From Patescibacteria group bacterium (GTDB taxonomy: Bacteria > Patescibacteriota > Minisyncoccia > Phycocordibacterales > UBA918): a stretch of DNA of 64,000 nucleotides. Where the stretch lies: contig JBBTRC010000010.1 in assembly GCA_038065355.1 (NCBI GenBank), forward strand, positions 157,844 through 221,843. Direction: 5' to 3'. A program made the position numbers and the translations under genes. Within the stretch, counting starts at the first letter, position 1, and each line of letters opens with the position of its first letter. Of the stretch, positions 29,600 through 38,930 are shown one piece after another. The notes beneath the pieces were generated by a model. The model saw only the letters and a program-made list of their open reading frames with translations. It did no database searches and was not told the DNA's origin.

Positions 29600-30130
29600 A
29601 TGAGTCGACTAGGAAAACAACCCGTAGCAATCCCGAGTGGCGTCACTGTCACAATGGACAATGGCGTGCTGACGGTCAAAGGTGCGAAGGCGACCCTCAC
29701 GCGCCCGATTAAAAAAGATATTACCATCACCGTAGAAAACGATGCGGTTACGCTCGTGCCAGGCAACACAGAAGCCGCCAAGGCGCTTTTCGGCACGTAC
29801 GCCGCTCACTTGCGCAACATGATTGAAGGTGTCACTAAAGGTTTTACAAGGATTTTGGAATTAGAGGGAGTTGGCTATCGCGCTGAAGTCAGGGGCAAAG
29901 ATTTAGTCTTGAGCGTCGGCTTCTCTCACCCAGTGCCGATGCCCATTCCCGAAGGAGTCACAGTCACAGTGGAAAAAAACACCGTCACTCTTTCTGGTGC
30001 CGACCTGGAAGTGGTGGCGCAATACGCGGCCAACGTTCGCAAGGTAAAGAAACCTGAACCATACAAAGGCAAGGGCATTCGCTACCAAGGCGAGTACATT
30101 ATTCGCAAGCAAGGTAAGAAAGCTGTCTAG
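29600..30130 (+). CDS. rplF: 50S ribosomal protein L6
   Basis: [25 protein letters not shown]. Confidence 0.98.
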   Translation: MSRLGKQPVAIPSGVTVTMDNGVLTVKGAKATLTRPIKKDITITVENDAVTLVPGNTEAAKALFGTYAAHLRNMIEGVTKGFTRILELEGVGYRAEVRGKDLVLSVGFSHPVPMPIPEGVTVTVEKNTVTLSGADLEVVAQYAANVRKVKKPEPYKGKGIRYQGEYIIRKQGKKAV

Positions 30131-30141
30131 GCTATCGTCAT

Positions 30142-30492
30142 ATGGAAAAATCACAATACAAAACCCATAAGCGAGCCGTCCGCCACAAGCGTTTGCGCGC
30201 CAAGGTAGTCGGAACGGCGGCCCGGCCTCGCCTCGCCGTGTTCAAAAGCAATCAGTATGTCTACGTACAGCTGATTGACGACGAAGCGCAAAAGACGATT
30301 GCGGCCGCCGATTCGCGCGCCGAGAAAAGTGGCACGCCACTTGAAAAGGCAAAGGCGGTCGGCGGAGCGATTGCAAAAAAGGCGCACACCGCCAAGATTA
30401 CCGAAGTGGTGTTTGACCGCGGCGGATTTCGTTACCAAGGCATTGTCGCGGCGCTTGCCGATGCGGCTCGCGAAGGAGGCTTGAAGTTCTAA
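30142..30492 (+). CDS. rplR: 50S ribosomal protein L18
   Basis: [30 protein letters not shown]. Confidence 0.98.
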   Translation: MEKSQYKTHKRAVRHKRLRAKVVGTAARPRLAVFKSNQYVYVQLIDDEAQKTIAAADSRAEKSGTPLEKAKAVGGAIAKKAHTAKITEVVFDRGGFRYQGIVAALADAAREGGLKF

Positions 30493-30670
30493 GTGAGCGC
30501 CAGTACTTTTTAAAGTGTGAACTTTAAAAATACTGTCGCGCGAACTTAATTCGAGAAATTTGTCCGGGGGACAAGTTTCTTGAACGAAGTGACCCGTAGG
30601 TTCGGAAAAATATTCTGGGAGAATATTTTTCCGAACTCGCTGAATAATTACAAAAATTAAAACACTTAAC

Positions 30671-31291
30671 ATGAGTGAACAAAAACAGCCGGAAGCTACA
30701 ACTGACACCAAGTCAGAACCGGTAGTGCCAGAGATGGAAACTACCACCGATGCACCAGCTGGTGAGGAAAAGCGGGAACACAAAGGTCATCGCCGCGGAG
30801 GCGCAGATCGTCGTGGTGCTCGCCGACCTCGTCGTGGTGCTCGTCCAGAGAGAGTTCGTCCAGAATTTGACCAAAAAATTATCAGCATCCGCCGCGTAAC
30901 GCGTGTGATGGCTGGTGGTCGCCGCTTCAACTTTTCAGTCGCTATGGTCATCGGTGACCGCCGCGGCAAAGTGGGTGTTGGTATTGGCAAAGCGGGCGAT
31001 ACGCAATTGGCAATCGAAAAAGCCATTCGTGACGCCAAAAAGCACATGATAGTTGTTCCTATGAACGCTGAAGGAAGTCTTCCGCACGACGTCCATACCA
31101 AGTACGCGGCGAGCGAAGTCATGATTATGCCTGCCGCCGGTCGTGGATTGGTAGCCGGATCTTCAGTTCGTACCGTCCTTGAAATGGCTGGCGTGAAAGA
31201 CGTGACCGCCAAGATTTTTTCTCGCAGTAAAAACAAACTTAACAACGCCCGCGCCGCCGTCGAAGCGCTCAAGCAACTTAAAAAAGCCTAG
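30671..31291 (+). CDS. rpsE: 30S ribosomal protein S5
   Basis: RRVTRVMAGGRRFNF, GRGLVAG, NNARAA. Confidence 0.98.
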   Translation: MSEQKQPEATTDTKSEPVVPEMETTTDAPAGEEKREHKGHRRGGADRRGARRPRRGARPERVRPEFDQKIISIRRVTRVMAGGRRFNFSVAMVIGDRRGKVGVGIGKAGDTQLAIEKAIRDAKKHMIVVPMNAEGSLPHDVHTKYAASEVMIMPAAGRGLVAGSSVRTVLEMAGVKDVTAKIFSRSKNKLNNARAAVEALKQLKKA

Positions 31292-31294
31292 CCT

Positions 31295-31744
31295 ATGCAA
31301 CTCCATGAACTAAAAGGTAATTCCGCTCACAAGGTCGCCAAGCGCATTGGCCGCGGCGGCAAACGCGGCAAGACCTCCGGCCGAGGTGGCAAAGGACAAA
31401 CTGCCCGCGCCGGCAACAGCACTCGCCCAGAAATGCGCGAGCTCATAAAAAAGTTGCCCAAGCTCCGCGGACATGGCGTCAACCGAGCAATTGCAGTAAA
31501 TGCCGAACGCGTGCGACCGGTCGTAGTCAACGTAGCGGCGCTTGAGACGGCCTTCAAGGCTGGCGACATCGTCTCTCCGAAGACTCTCGTCGTAGCAGGT
31601 GTCATTTCGACGGTGCGCAAACAAGCCCCGCTGGTAAAGATTTTGGGGACTGGCGAACTTTCAAAGAAACTATCTGTTGAAGGGTGCCAGGTGTCAGCGG
31701 CGGCCAAAGAAAAAATCGCCAAGGCTGGCGGAAGTGTCAAATAA
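31295..31744 (+). CDS. rplO: 50S ribosomal protein L15
   Basis: RIGRGGKRGKTSGRGGKGQTAR, VKILGTG. Confidence 0.97.
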   Translation: MQLHELKGNSAHKVAKRIGRGGKRGKTSGRGGKGQTARAGNSTRPEMRELIKKLPKLRGHGVNRAIAVNAERVRPVVVNVAALETAFKAGDIVSPKTLVVAGVISTVRKQAPLVKILGTGELSKKLSVEGCQVSAAAKEKIAKAGGSVK

Positions 31745-31761
31745 GCGCTAGCATTACGCAT

Positions 31762-33033
31762 ATGCAGACATTTTTCCAGAAGCTAAAAATCATTGCCACC
31801 GAACCAACTATTCGTAAGCGATTACTGTTCGTACTCGGCGCACTTATCGTTTTCCGTGTGTTGGCCGCCGTGCCAATTCCGGGCGTTGACCAGACCGTGC
31901 TCGATCAATTCTTCACCAATAACCAATTCCTCGGCCTCTTGAACATTTTCTCGGGTGGCGGTCTCGCCAACCTTTCAATCGTGATGCTCGGTGTTGGTCC
32001 GTTTATTACGGCATCCATCATCATGCAGCTCTTGACGGTGATGTCGCCGGCGCTCAAAAGCATGTACACCGAAGAAGGCGAAGCTGGGCGAGCAAAATTT
32101 ACCCAGTGGAGTCGTATGCTCACCCTGCCTCTCTCTATCCTTCAAGGCTTCGGCTTCCTTACCCTGCTCCAGAGTCAAGGCGTCATCACTCACCTGACGG
32201 TGTTTGATTTTGCCCTCAACGTGGTTTTGATTGTGGGTGGCTCGATGCTCCTCATGTGGATCGGCGAACTCGTCACTGAATACGGAATTGGAAACGGAGT
32301 GTCGATTATTATCTTCGCCGGTATCGTCGCGAGCTTGCCGGCCACTATGAGCCAACTGCTCTTTTCCTACGACCCTTCTCAGTTGCCGCTCTTTCTCGGG
32401 TTTGCACTGGTGGCGCTCGCGATTGTGTACGCGGTAGTCATTATGACCGAAGCCGAACGGCCGGTGCCGATTACTTACGCTAAGCAGAGCCGCGGTGGTC
32501 ATACCTACGGAGGCAGTTCATCGTACTTGCCGCTTCGTCTCAACCAAGCCGGCGTGATCCCCATCATTTTTGCCCTCTCGATCATTCTGTTCCCACAGAT
32601 GGTGCTGAACATTCTTTCGGCCTTTAGCTTGCCGTGGGTGGCGGGTGCAAATGAGGTGGTGACGCAATTTCTAAATAACCAAACCGCCTACGGCATCGTG
32701 TATTTCGTGTTTGTGTTTCTCTTCACCTTCTTCTATACTGCGGTGACGTTTGACCCAGATGCGATATCAAAGAACTTACAGCGAAATGGCGCCTTCATTC
32801 CGGGCATTCGTCCCGGCGGACACACTGCCGAGTATCTCGGCAACCTCGTCACCAAGCTCACTTTGGCCGGCGCGCTCTTCCTGGGGCTGATTGCGGTGGC
32901 GCCGGTTGTGATGCAAATCCTCACCGGTGTCACAGCGCTCGCCATCGGCGGAACGGCGGTACTCATTGTGGTGTCGGTCGTGCTCGATTTGATCCGCCGC
33001 CTTGATGCACAAATTTCGCTTCGCGAATACTAA
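31762..33033 (+). CDS. secY: preprotein translocase subunit SecY
   Basis: LGVGPFITASIIMQLL, GIGNGVS, AGVIPIIFA, FIPGIRPG. Confidence 0.98.
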   Translation: MQTFFQKLKIIATEPTIRKRLLFVLGALIVFRVLAAVPIPGVDQTVLDQFFTNNQFLGLLNIFSGGGLANLSIVMLGVGPFITASIIMQLLTVMSPALKSMYTEEGEAGRAKFTQWSRMLTLPLSILQGFGFLTLLQSQGVITHLTVFDFALNVVLIVGGSMLLMWIGELVTEYGIGNGVSIIIFAGIVASLPATMSQLLFSYDPSQLPLFLGFALVALAIVYAVVIMTEAERPVPITYAKQSRGGHTYGGSSSYLPLRLNQAGVIPIIFALSIILFPQMVLNILSAFSLPWVAGANEVVTQFLNNQTAYGIVYFVFVFLFTFFYTAVTFDPDAISKNLQRNGAFIPGIRPGGHTAEYLGNLVTKLTLAGALFLGLIAVAPVVMQILTGVTALAIGGTAVLIVVSVVLDLIRRLDAQISLREY

Positions 33034-33111
33034 AACGCTTCTATATACTTCGGCAATTATGTACAAAAAACCAACCCCAGAGGTTGGTTTTTTGTATGCG
33101 CGTGTTAAAGA

Positions 33112-33819
33112 TTAAATACGTAGGGGATTGAAGTCTGTACCAATATCATAAGTGTCGATCCCTTCTCTTTCTTTGACAGCTTTTATAACTTTTCTTGTCA
33201 CTGGCAAAGCGGCAACTTCCCACAAAGTACAGAAAGTTACTGTAGAGACAATGAGCGGTACAAGTTCCGAAGGAGCAAACCAACCAGCAAAGTAGAAAGC
33301 GGTAAAGAAAGCGATAGTGTTGTCAACAAGTTGCCCAAACAATGTCGACACAACTAAACGTACATTCAAAAGTTTTTCTTTCGTTATTAGTTTCATTTTT
33401 GCCACAATATACGAGTTTGTCAGTTCACCACAGAAAAAAGCGACAATAAAACCAATCGCTACAATCGGTGACGCTCTAAAAATGGCGTTATATGCATCAT
33501 TCATTTCGAACGATGGATTAGGTACGATGCTGTATAGAAACGCTAAGCTAGACGCCAAAAACATACACGCAAACCCTGTCCAGACGATTTTTCTTGTCAC
33601 TCGATAACCATAGACTTCAGTAAAAATGTCGGCAAAAATATAGACAAATGGATAGGCAATCGCTCCCACTGAAAATACCCAGGTTCCAATATAAAATGTT
33701 TTAAGAGATGTAAACACTCCAACAATCAGTACTGTTACCCAAAGCATGGCAAATACGAGCAAGTACTTATGAGGAAGCACCGCCGTTTCTGCCGGATTCG
33801 TGATTAAGTTGTTTTTCAT
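33112..33819 (-). CDS. queuosine precursor transporter (YhhQ/VUT family)
   Basis: YPFVYIFADIFTEVYGY, NSYIVAKMK, STLFGQLVD, C-terminal D..TDFNP. Confidence 0.85.
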   Translation of the reverse strand: MKNNLITNPAETAVLPHKYLLVFAMLWVTVLIVGVFTSLKTFYIGTWVFSVGAIAYPFVYIFADIFTEVYGYRVTRKIVWTGFACMFLASSLAFLYSIVPNPSFEMNDAYNAIFRASPIVAIGFIVAFFCGELTNSYIVAKMKLITKEKLLNVRLVVSTLFGQLVDNTIAFFTAFYFAGWFAPSELVPLIVSTVTFCTLWEVAALPVTRKVIKAVKEREGIDTYDIGTDFNPLRI

Positions 33820-33880
33820 ACGCGACGATACTAGCAAAAACTACTTGACCAAATCCAAGAAAGTAGTACATTTAAGTTAA

Positions 33881-33901
33881 TTTTAAACTTAAAGTTTAAA
33901 A
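33881..33901. promoter_or_regulatory. inverted-repeat operator candidate between divergent genes
   Basis: ttttaaactt-a-aagtttaaaa just downstream of TTGACC-16-TACATT and abutting ATG 33903. Confidence 0.55.
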
Positions 33902-33902
33902 T

Positions 33903-34709
33903 ATGTCTAAACGAAATGTAGAGAATACGATAATACAACTCCTTGGCAACGGGAGTTTAGAAAAACAAATATTAATTGACCGGGTTGTTAAACAGTCTCA
34001 CGTGACCATTCAGGCTGTGTATAAAAACCTGCGCAAACTTACGGTGAGGGACAGTATTACAATCCATAAAAAGTCAGTTAGTCTCACGTTGTTACACATT
34101 GAAAGAGAATTACAGTATTGGGAAACTGTCTCAGGGGTCTATCACACACGGCCGCTTGCGAGCCACTTTCTCGGCTTGCGTGAAGGCGATTCACTTAGTT
34201 TACGATTTAAAAATCTGAACGAACTTGATACGTATTGGGTACATGCTTTTTTACTCTTAGAAAGACAGCTACCTAAAAACTTTCCTACGTACTCTGTCAT
34301 TCCCCACGACTGGTTCTACTATGGTCGTCGGGAGACTGATGTTTTTTGGACACAAAAACAAAAACGTAAACAACGACTCATAGTGACCCATCCTGACAAA
34401 ATTGACATGTTGGCGCTTCGCGAACGAAGGAAACAAGGTTATGAAATGACACCCAGTGTAAATCCTCTCCACCAGGAGGAGCACGAGTATTTCACAGTCG
34501 TTAGCGACTGGGTATTTAAGGTGACTATTGATAAAAAGTTACATGCAGATTTACTACGAATAACACAACAAGCACGGGCACTCGAAAATATTGATCAAGT
34601 TTCTTTACAAAAATTACTTTCCAAGCGTGGTCAAAACACCATGAAGATATACAAGAGTAAAAAACGTGCTGATGTAATAATTAAAAAAGTGCAGAAGTAC
34701 TTTGAATAG
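33903..34709 (+). CDS. putative winged-helix transcriptional regulator
   Basis: N-terminal VTIQAVYKNLRKL HTH-like segment; divergent from transporter. Confidence 0.6.
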   Translation: MSKRNVENTIIQLLGNGSLEKQILIDRVVKQSHVTIQAVYKNLRKLTVRDSITIHKKSVSLTLLHIERELQYWETVSGVYHTRPLASHFLGLREGDSLSLRFKNLNELDTYWVHAFLLLERQLPKNFPTYSVIPHDWFYYGRRETDVFWTQKQKRKQRLIVTHPDKIDMLALRERRKQGYEMTPSVNPLHQEEHEYFTVVSDWVFKVTIDKKLHADLLRITQQARALENIDQVSLQKLLSKRGQNTMKIYKSKKRADVIIKKVQKYFE

Positions 34710-34729
34710 GCTATACCGCTCACCTTTGG

Positions 34730-35362
34730 TTAGTACTGATTCTTGAATGAGTACCCCATCGGGACGGCGCTGTGTCGTTGTTGCCACACATCAAGCTCAA
34801 GCCATTCTTTGTAGTTATCAAATACTGTAATGGCGACTGTTTGCGGGTCGTGCCGCGAGGTGTCGATGATGAGGTCAAAATGCTCGGTGTTGAACGGGTC
34901 GACGCCATAGACAGATTTGAAACGATTGCGCTCGGTATTCATGCGGTCCCGTACTTCGATGGCGACGGCGTCGAGGGAGTTGTTTTTTGATTCAGTGGCA
35001 CCGCGACTTTTGTTGTGTATAAGGTCTTTAAAGACGCGCGCGGTCGCGATCTCGAGGTCGAGATCGAGGTACACTTTGAACGATTCAGGTATCCAATAAA
35101 AACCCAGTCGAGAGTCAATCACAATATCCTTGTGGTCTCGAAGGGTGCGCAGTTCTTCATCCACTTTGTCATCGAGGTTGTGATCGAGAGCGGCAAGCCG
35201 GTTGTACTCTTCAAGTGTCATATGCTTTTTGGCCAGCACGTGCCTGACCACGTCGCCGGACGAGTGCCTTGTGTAGCCGAGGAGTTCGGCGACTCGATCG
35301 GCGGTCGAGGATTTGCCACTGCCGGGTTTGCCGGAGACGGTAATAATGTGCTTGCGTTTCAT
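34730..35362 (-). CDS. cytidylate kinase-like (archaeal-type) NMP kinase
   Basis: ITVSGKPGSGKSS, VIDSRLG, RFKSVYGVD..FDLIIDT. Confidence 0.85.
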   Translation of the reverse strand: MKRKHIITVSGKPGSGKSSTADRVAELLGYTRHSSGDVVRHVLAKKHMTLEEYNRLAALDHNLDDKVDEELRTLRDHKDIVIDSRLGFYWIPESFKVYLDLDLEIATARVFKDLIHNKSRGATESKNNSLDAVAIEVRDRMNTERNRFKSVYGVDPFNTEHFDLIIDTSRHDPQTVAITVFDNYKEWLELDVWQQRHSAVPMGYSFKNQY

Positions 35363-35422
35363 GTATGCCAAGAATACCACACCGTTGCATAAGCTTAAAA
35401 AAGCTGTTACCCTCCTTGTACT

Positions 35423-35992
35423 ATGCGTCCGACGACTCCGTTTCAAAGCATCGTTTTGATGGGTAAAATTGCATCTGGGAAAGGTACCCAGGCCCATTTC
35501 ATTGCGGACGAATTCCCGGGCACCATTTACTCAAACGGTAACAAAATGCGCTCCATCGCGAAAGAAGAAACGGTTTTTGGAAAGAAAATGAAAGCAGTCT
35601 ACGAGGAAGGTTTTCTGATGCCCGAATGGGTCGCTTCTTATTGGATGACACACGCCCTGGTTTCCGAGCACGCCGAGGAACTCATTGTTTTTGAGGGCGT
35701 CGCCAGGAAACCCAATGAAGCCGAACTTTTTCACGAAATCCACGAGTGGATTGATCGTAAGTACGTCGTCTTCAATCTGGCCATTTCGGACGATGAAGTC
35801 AGGCGGCGGAGCGCCCTGCGCGCTCGCGACGTGGCCGATACCGCATCAGTGGAAAAACGTTTGGAGGAATATCACACATACACCGCCAAGTCGATCGAAT
35901 TTTTCCGTACCAAAGGAACACTGATTGAGCTCGACGGCACCAACTCACAAAGAGAAGTGAAACAGCAAATTTTTAACTACCTTATTTTGTAA
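35423..35992 (+). CDS. adenylate kinase family protein, copy 1 (divergent)
   Basis: GKIASGKGTQA P-loop, FEGVAR in place of DGFPR, RLEEY. Confidence 0.8.
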   Translation: MRPTTPFQSIVLMGKIASGKGTQAHFIADEFPGTIYSNGNKMRSIAKEETVFGKKMKAVYEEGFLMPEWVASYWMTHALVSEHAEELIVFEGVARKPNEAELFHEIHEWIDRKYVVFNLAISDDEVRRRSALRARDVADTASVEKRLEEYHTYTAKSIEFFRTKGTLIELDGTNSQREVKQQIFNYLIL

Positions 35993-35995
35993 CCC

Positions 35996-36598
35996 ATGAA
36001 TCCACTCACCGTCATCTTTATCGGCCCGCAGGGAAGCGGCAAAGGCACGCAGATTGAGCGTTTGAAAAACGTGCTTGAGCATGTCGACGGTCGCCGGCGA
36101 GTGGTTGATATCCAGACCGGTCGCCGCTTCCGTGCGCTCGCGGCCAAACAAGAGACCTTTGCCGAAGATAAAATTGCCGCGACGCTCGACGCGGGTACGC
36201 TCCAGCCAGATTTTCTATCGGCGGTGTTGTGGGGCCAGGCGATGGTTGATCAGCTCGACGCCAAGAGCCACCTCTTGATCGACGGCTTCCCTCGCACTAT
36301 GGCACAGGTGCCAGATTTGGAAGACGCGCTTCACTTTTTTGAGCGAACCACACTCGACGTCATCAACTTAGTGACACCGGAAGCAATCGTGCGGACACGC
36401 ATGCAAAATAGGGCCCGCGCCGACGATACTCCAGAGTCAATCGAGGAACGGCTCCGATGGTATCGAGAAGACACCTTGCCTGTCGTTGCCTTTTACAAAA
36501 ACCGACCACAGACTGTCGTGCATGACATAGACGGCACCGCCTCGATTGACGAGGTGCACGCCAGCGTTCTGAACGCGTTAAAACTTACCTCGCTATGA
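35996..36598 (+). CDS. adk: adenylate kinase family protein, copy 2
   Basis: GPQGSGKGTQ, IDGFPR, RARADDT..RL; short LID; upstream of map. Confidence 0.8.
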   Translation: MNPLTVIFIGPQGSGKGTQIERLKNVLEHVDGRRRVVDIQTGRRFRALAAKQETFAEDKIAATLDAGTLQPDFLSAVLWGQAMVDQLDAKSHLLIDGFPRTMAQVPDLEDALHFFERTTLDVINLVTPEAIVRTRMQNRARADDTPESIEERLRWYREDTLPVVAFYKNRPQTVVHDIDGTASIDEVHASVLNALKLTSL

Positions 36599-37368
36599 TT
36601 ACCAAAAAATCACCAGAAGAGATCGCGCTCTTAAAAGAAGGTGGAGCGATTTTGGGAAAGATGCTCCGCGAGCTTGGACAGGCGGCCACTGCCGGTACGA
36701 CAACGCTTGATCTCGATGACTTGGCGATGACGCTCGTCGAGAAATATAACGTTGAACCGGTCTTGCTTGGCTATCATCCAGGCTTCGCGCCGCGCCCGTA
36801 TCCGGCCGCTGTCTGTATTTCGGTAAATGAATGCGTTCAGCATGGCGTCCCCAGCGACACGGTAGTACTTAAAAACGGCGACGTGGTGAATATCGACATG
36901 TCGATAGGGCACAAAGGTTTTATTGTTGACAGCGGTATCACAGTCGGAGTGGGAGAAATTTCGCCGGAAGCCCGCAAGCTCCTCGCGGTCACCGAAGAAG
37001 CCTTGGCACATGGAATCAAAGCGGCCAAGCCCGGCAATCACATCGGTGATATTGGTCATGCCGTACAGACGTTTGTTGAGTCACGCGGTTTTTCGGTGGT
37101 GGAGGTGCTCTGCGGTCACGGCGTGGGTTACAAGGTGCATGAGGAGCCGACCATTCCGAACTTTGGCAAACCCGGTACCGGGCCAAAAATAGAAGTCGGC
37201 CACGTCTACGCCATCGAACCGATTGTAAATATGGGGAAGCCCGATGTGTACTTTGATGATGATGGCGACGGCTACAGTGTCTACACCAAAGACGGCTCGT
37301 GGAGCGCCCACTTCGAGCACACGGTCGCGATTACCGAAAATGGGCCACTCATTCTCACGAAAGCCTAG
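36595..37368 (+). CDS. map: type I methionine aminopeptidase
   Basis: CISVNECVQHGVP, GHGVG..VHEEP, AIEP, SAHFEHT. Confidence 0.97.
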   Translation: MITKKSPEEIALLKEGGAILGKMLRELGQAATAGTTTLDLDDLAMTLVEKYNVEPVLLGYHPGFAPRPYPAAVCISVNECVQHGVPSDTVVLKNGDVVNIDMSIGHKGFIVDSGITVGVGEISPEARKLLAVTEEALAHGIKAAKPGNHIGDIGHAVQTFVESRGFSVVEVLCGHGVGYKVHEEPTIPNFGKPGTGPKIEVGHVYAIEPIVNMGKPDVYFDDDGDGYSVYTKDGSWSAHFEHTVAITENGPLILTKA

Positions 37369-37422
37369 TTGTATATGCAACGAGAAATCGTTATACTGCG
37401 GCATAATTTTTAACTAATTTGT

Positions 37423-38028
37423 ATGGGGAAACAACCACACCAAGAGCGTTCGCTTGTACTGTTAAAACCTGACACGGTGCAGCGTTCTTTGGTGGGCGAG
37501 GTAATCAAGCGCTTTGAACAAACCGGCCTCAAGATCAGCGCCATGAAAATGACGGTAGCGACCGAAGCGCAACTCTTGGTGCACTACAACAAAAGTGACG
37601 AGTGGTATGAGCGGAAAGGCAAGGGGATTGTCGAGGAGCGGAAAGCGCAAGGTAAGCCTATTACCAAAGAACCAATCGAGTACGGAAAGGATATCATCCG
37701 CACCATCGTGCACTATATGACGGCCGCACCGGTGGTCGCTCTCATTCTAGAGGGTAATAAAGCCGTTAGTGTTGTCACCAAAATTGTCGGTACCACCGAG
37801 CCGTCTACCTCCGACGTCGGGACGATTCGCGGTGACTACACGGTGGATTCCTACGCACATGCCACCTACGAAAACCGAGCCGTGCGTAACTTGGTACATC
37901 AGTCTGAATCACCAGAGGAAGCTGAACGAGAGATCGCTATTTGGTTTACTGAAAATGAGATTATGTCGTACGCGACGGCGCAGGAGCGCATTATGTACGA
38001 CGTGAATTTCGACGGCACGGCCGAATAG
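37423..38028 (+). CDS. ndk: nucleoside-diphosphate kinase
   Basis: ERSLVLLKPD, GTIRGDY, RNLVHQSES. Confidence 0.93.
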   Translation: MGKQPHQERSLVLLKPDTVQRSLVGEVIKRFEQTGLKISAMKMTVATEAQLLVHYNKSDEWYERKGKGIVEERKAQGKPITKEPIEYGKDIIRTIVHYMTAAPVVALILEGNKAVSVVTKIVGTTEPSTSDVGTIRGDYTVDSYAHATYENRAVRNLVHQSESPEEAEREIAIWFTENEIMSYATAQERIMYDVNFDGTAE

Positions 38029-38350
38029 TTCAAAATTGTGCCACTAACTTTGTCGCACTACTTTAAAACGGCGGGCCCTTCGGGCCCGCCGTTTTTTTAC
38101 ACTTTAAACTCCAGACCTCACCCACCTCACCAGCGTGCGCTCCGGGGCGCTAGCCCGAGTCTTACCCGCCGCCAAGGTGAGTGTTGCAAAGATCATGATA
38201 CATTACGAGGTGGAGTCGTGCCGGCGGGTTCGCGTTCGCTGTGTCGGAGACGAAAATCTAGGACTCTTAGGACTCCAGTCCCTGGAAACTTAGTTCTTGG
38301 CCCTGTGTGTAAACACGGGGCCATCTTTTTGATATGTTACAATAATTCAT

Positions 38351-38494
38351 GGAACCGCATCCCGTATATTCCCGAATAAAAGAGCATGGGAGTTCGAACT
38401 CGCAGGAAGCTATGAGGCTCCGAAAGGTGCTTCAGAAACGACTTGGATAGAACACCCACCTGGCTTTCGTCAGGGATATGCGCTTTGCGGTTCC
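38351..38494 (+). ncRNA. ssrS: 6S RNA candidate
   Basis: Termini pair (ggaaccgca/tgcggttcc), A-rich central bubble, inner stem tgggagttc/gaacaccca; TGnTACAAT -10 at 38335-38343; terminator 38499-38526. Confidence 0.65.
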
Positions 38495-38555
38495 GCTCAA
38501 AAACACCTCTCTCGAGGTGTTTTTTAATAATGTCTGCGTGCTAGTATAGCTAGAC

Positions 38556-38927
38556 ATGCTCCAGCCGATCGTACTCGTTTTTCTCTTCTTCGGTGTCATT
38601 TTTGCCGCTACGCATACGCTGGCGGTCGATGCGTCTTTGTATTGGTACTACCCGTGGTTTGATGTGGTCATGCATACGTGGGGCGGCGTTATGGTTGCGC
38701 TTGGAGTGCTCGCACTCAAGACTTTGAAACCTTTTCGGGACATCCCTGCTTTTTGGTTTTTTATCACCGCCCTCGCTCTCGCCATCGTGAGCTGGGAAAT
38801 TTTTGAATGGTATGCTGGTTTGTATGATCCGGAGACGCACGTGCGCGATACGATAGAAGATGTGGCTCTCGGCACGTTCGGCGGGCTTGTCACCTTTTAT
38901 CTACTTACGCACAAGAAAAATCGATAA
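38556..38927 (+). CDS. small integral membrane protein
   Basis: WFDVVMHTWGG, WEIFEW, DTIEDVALG; 4 TM. Confidence 0.8.
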   Translation: MLQPIVLVFLFFGVIFAATHTLAVDASLYWYYPWFDVVMHTWGGVMVALGVLALKTLKPFRDIPAFWFFITALALAIVSWEIFEWYAGLYDPETHVRDTIEDVALGTFGGLVTFYLLTHKKNR

Positions 38928-38930
38928 TCT

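Noticed and set aside
4513-33033. Alternative genetic code 25 (UGA=Gly)
   Set aside because: Genes such as rpsJ end at TGA at the expected length, and long ORFs are intact under code 11.
38038-38379. 113-aa ORF after ndk
   Set aside because: Runs through a terminator and structured non-coding sequence; no protein-like features.
38100-38494. RNase P RNA or SRP RNA
   Set aside because: No GAGGAAAGUCC / AAGCCG P4 motifs or SRP GGAA-loop/AGCAG motif found on either strand.
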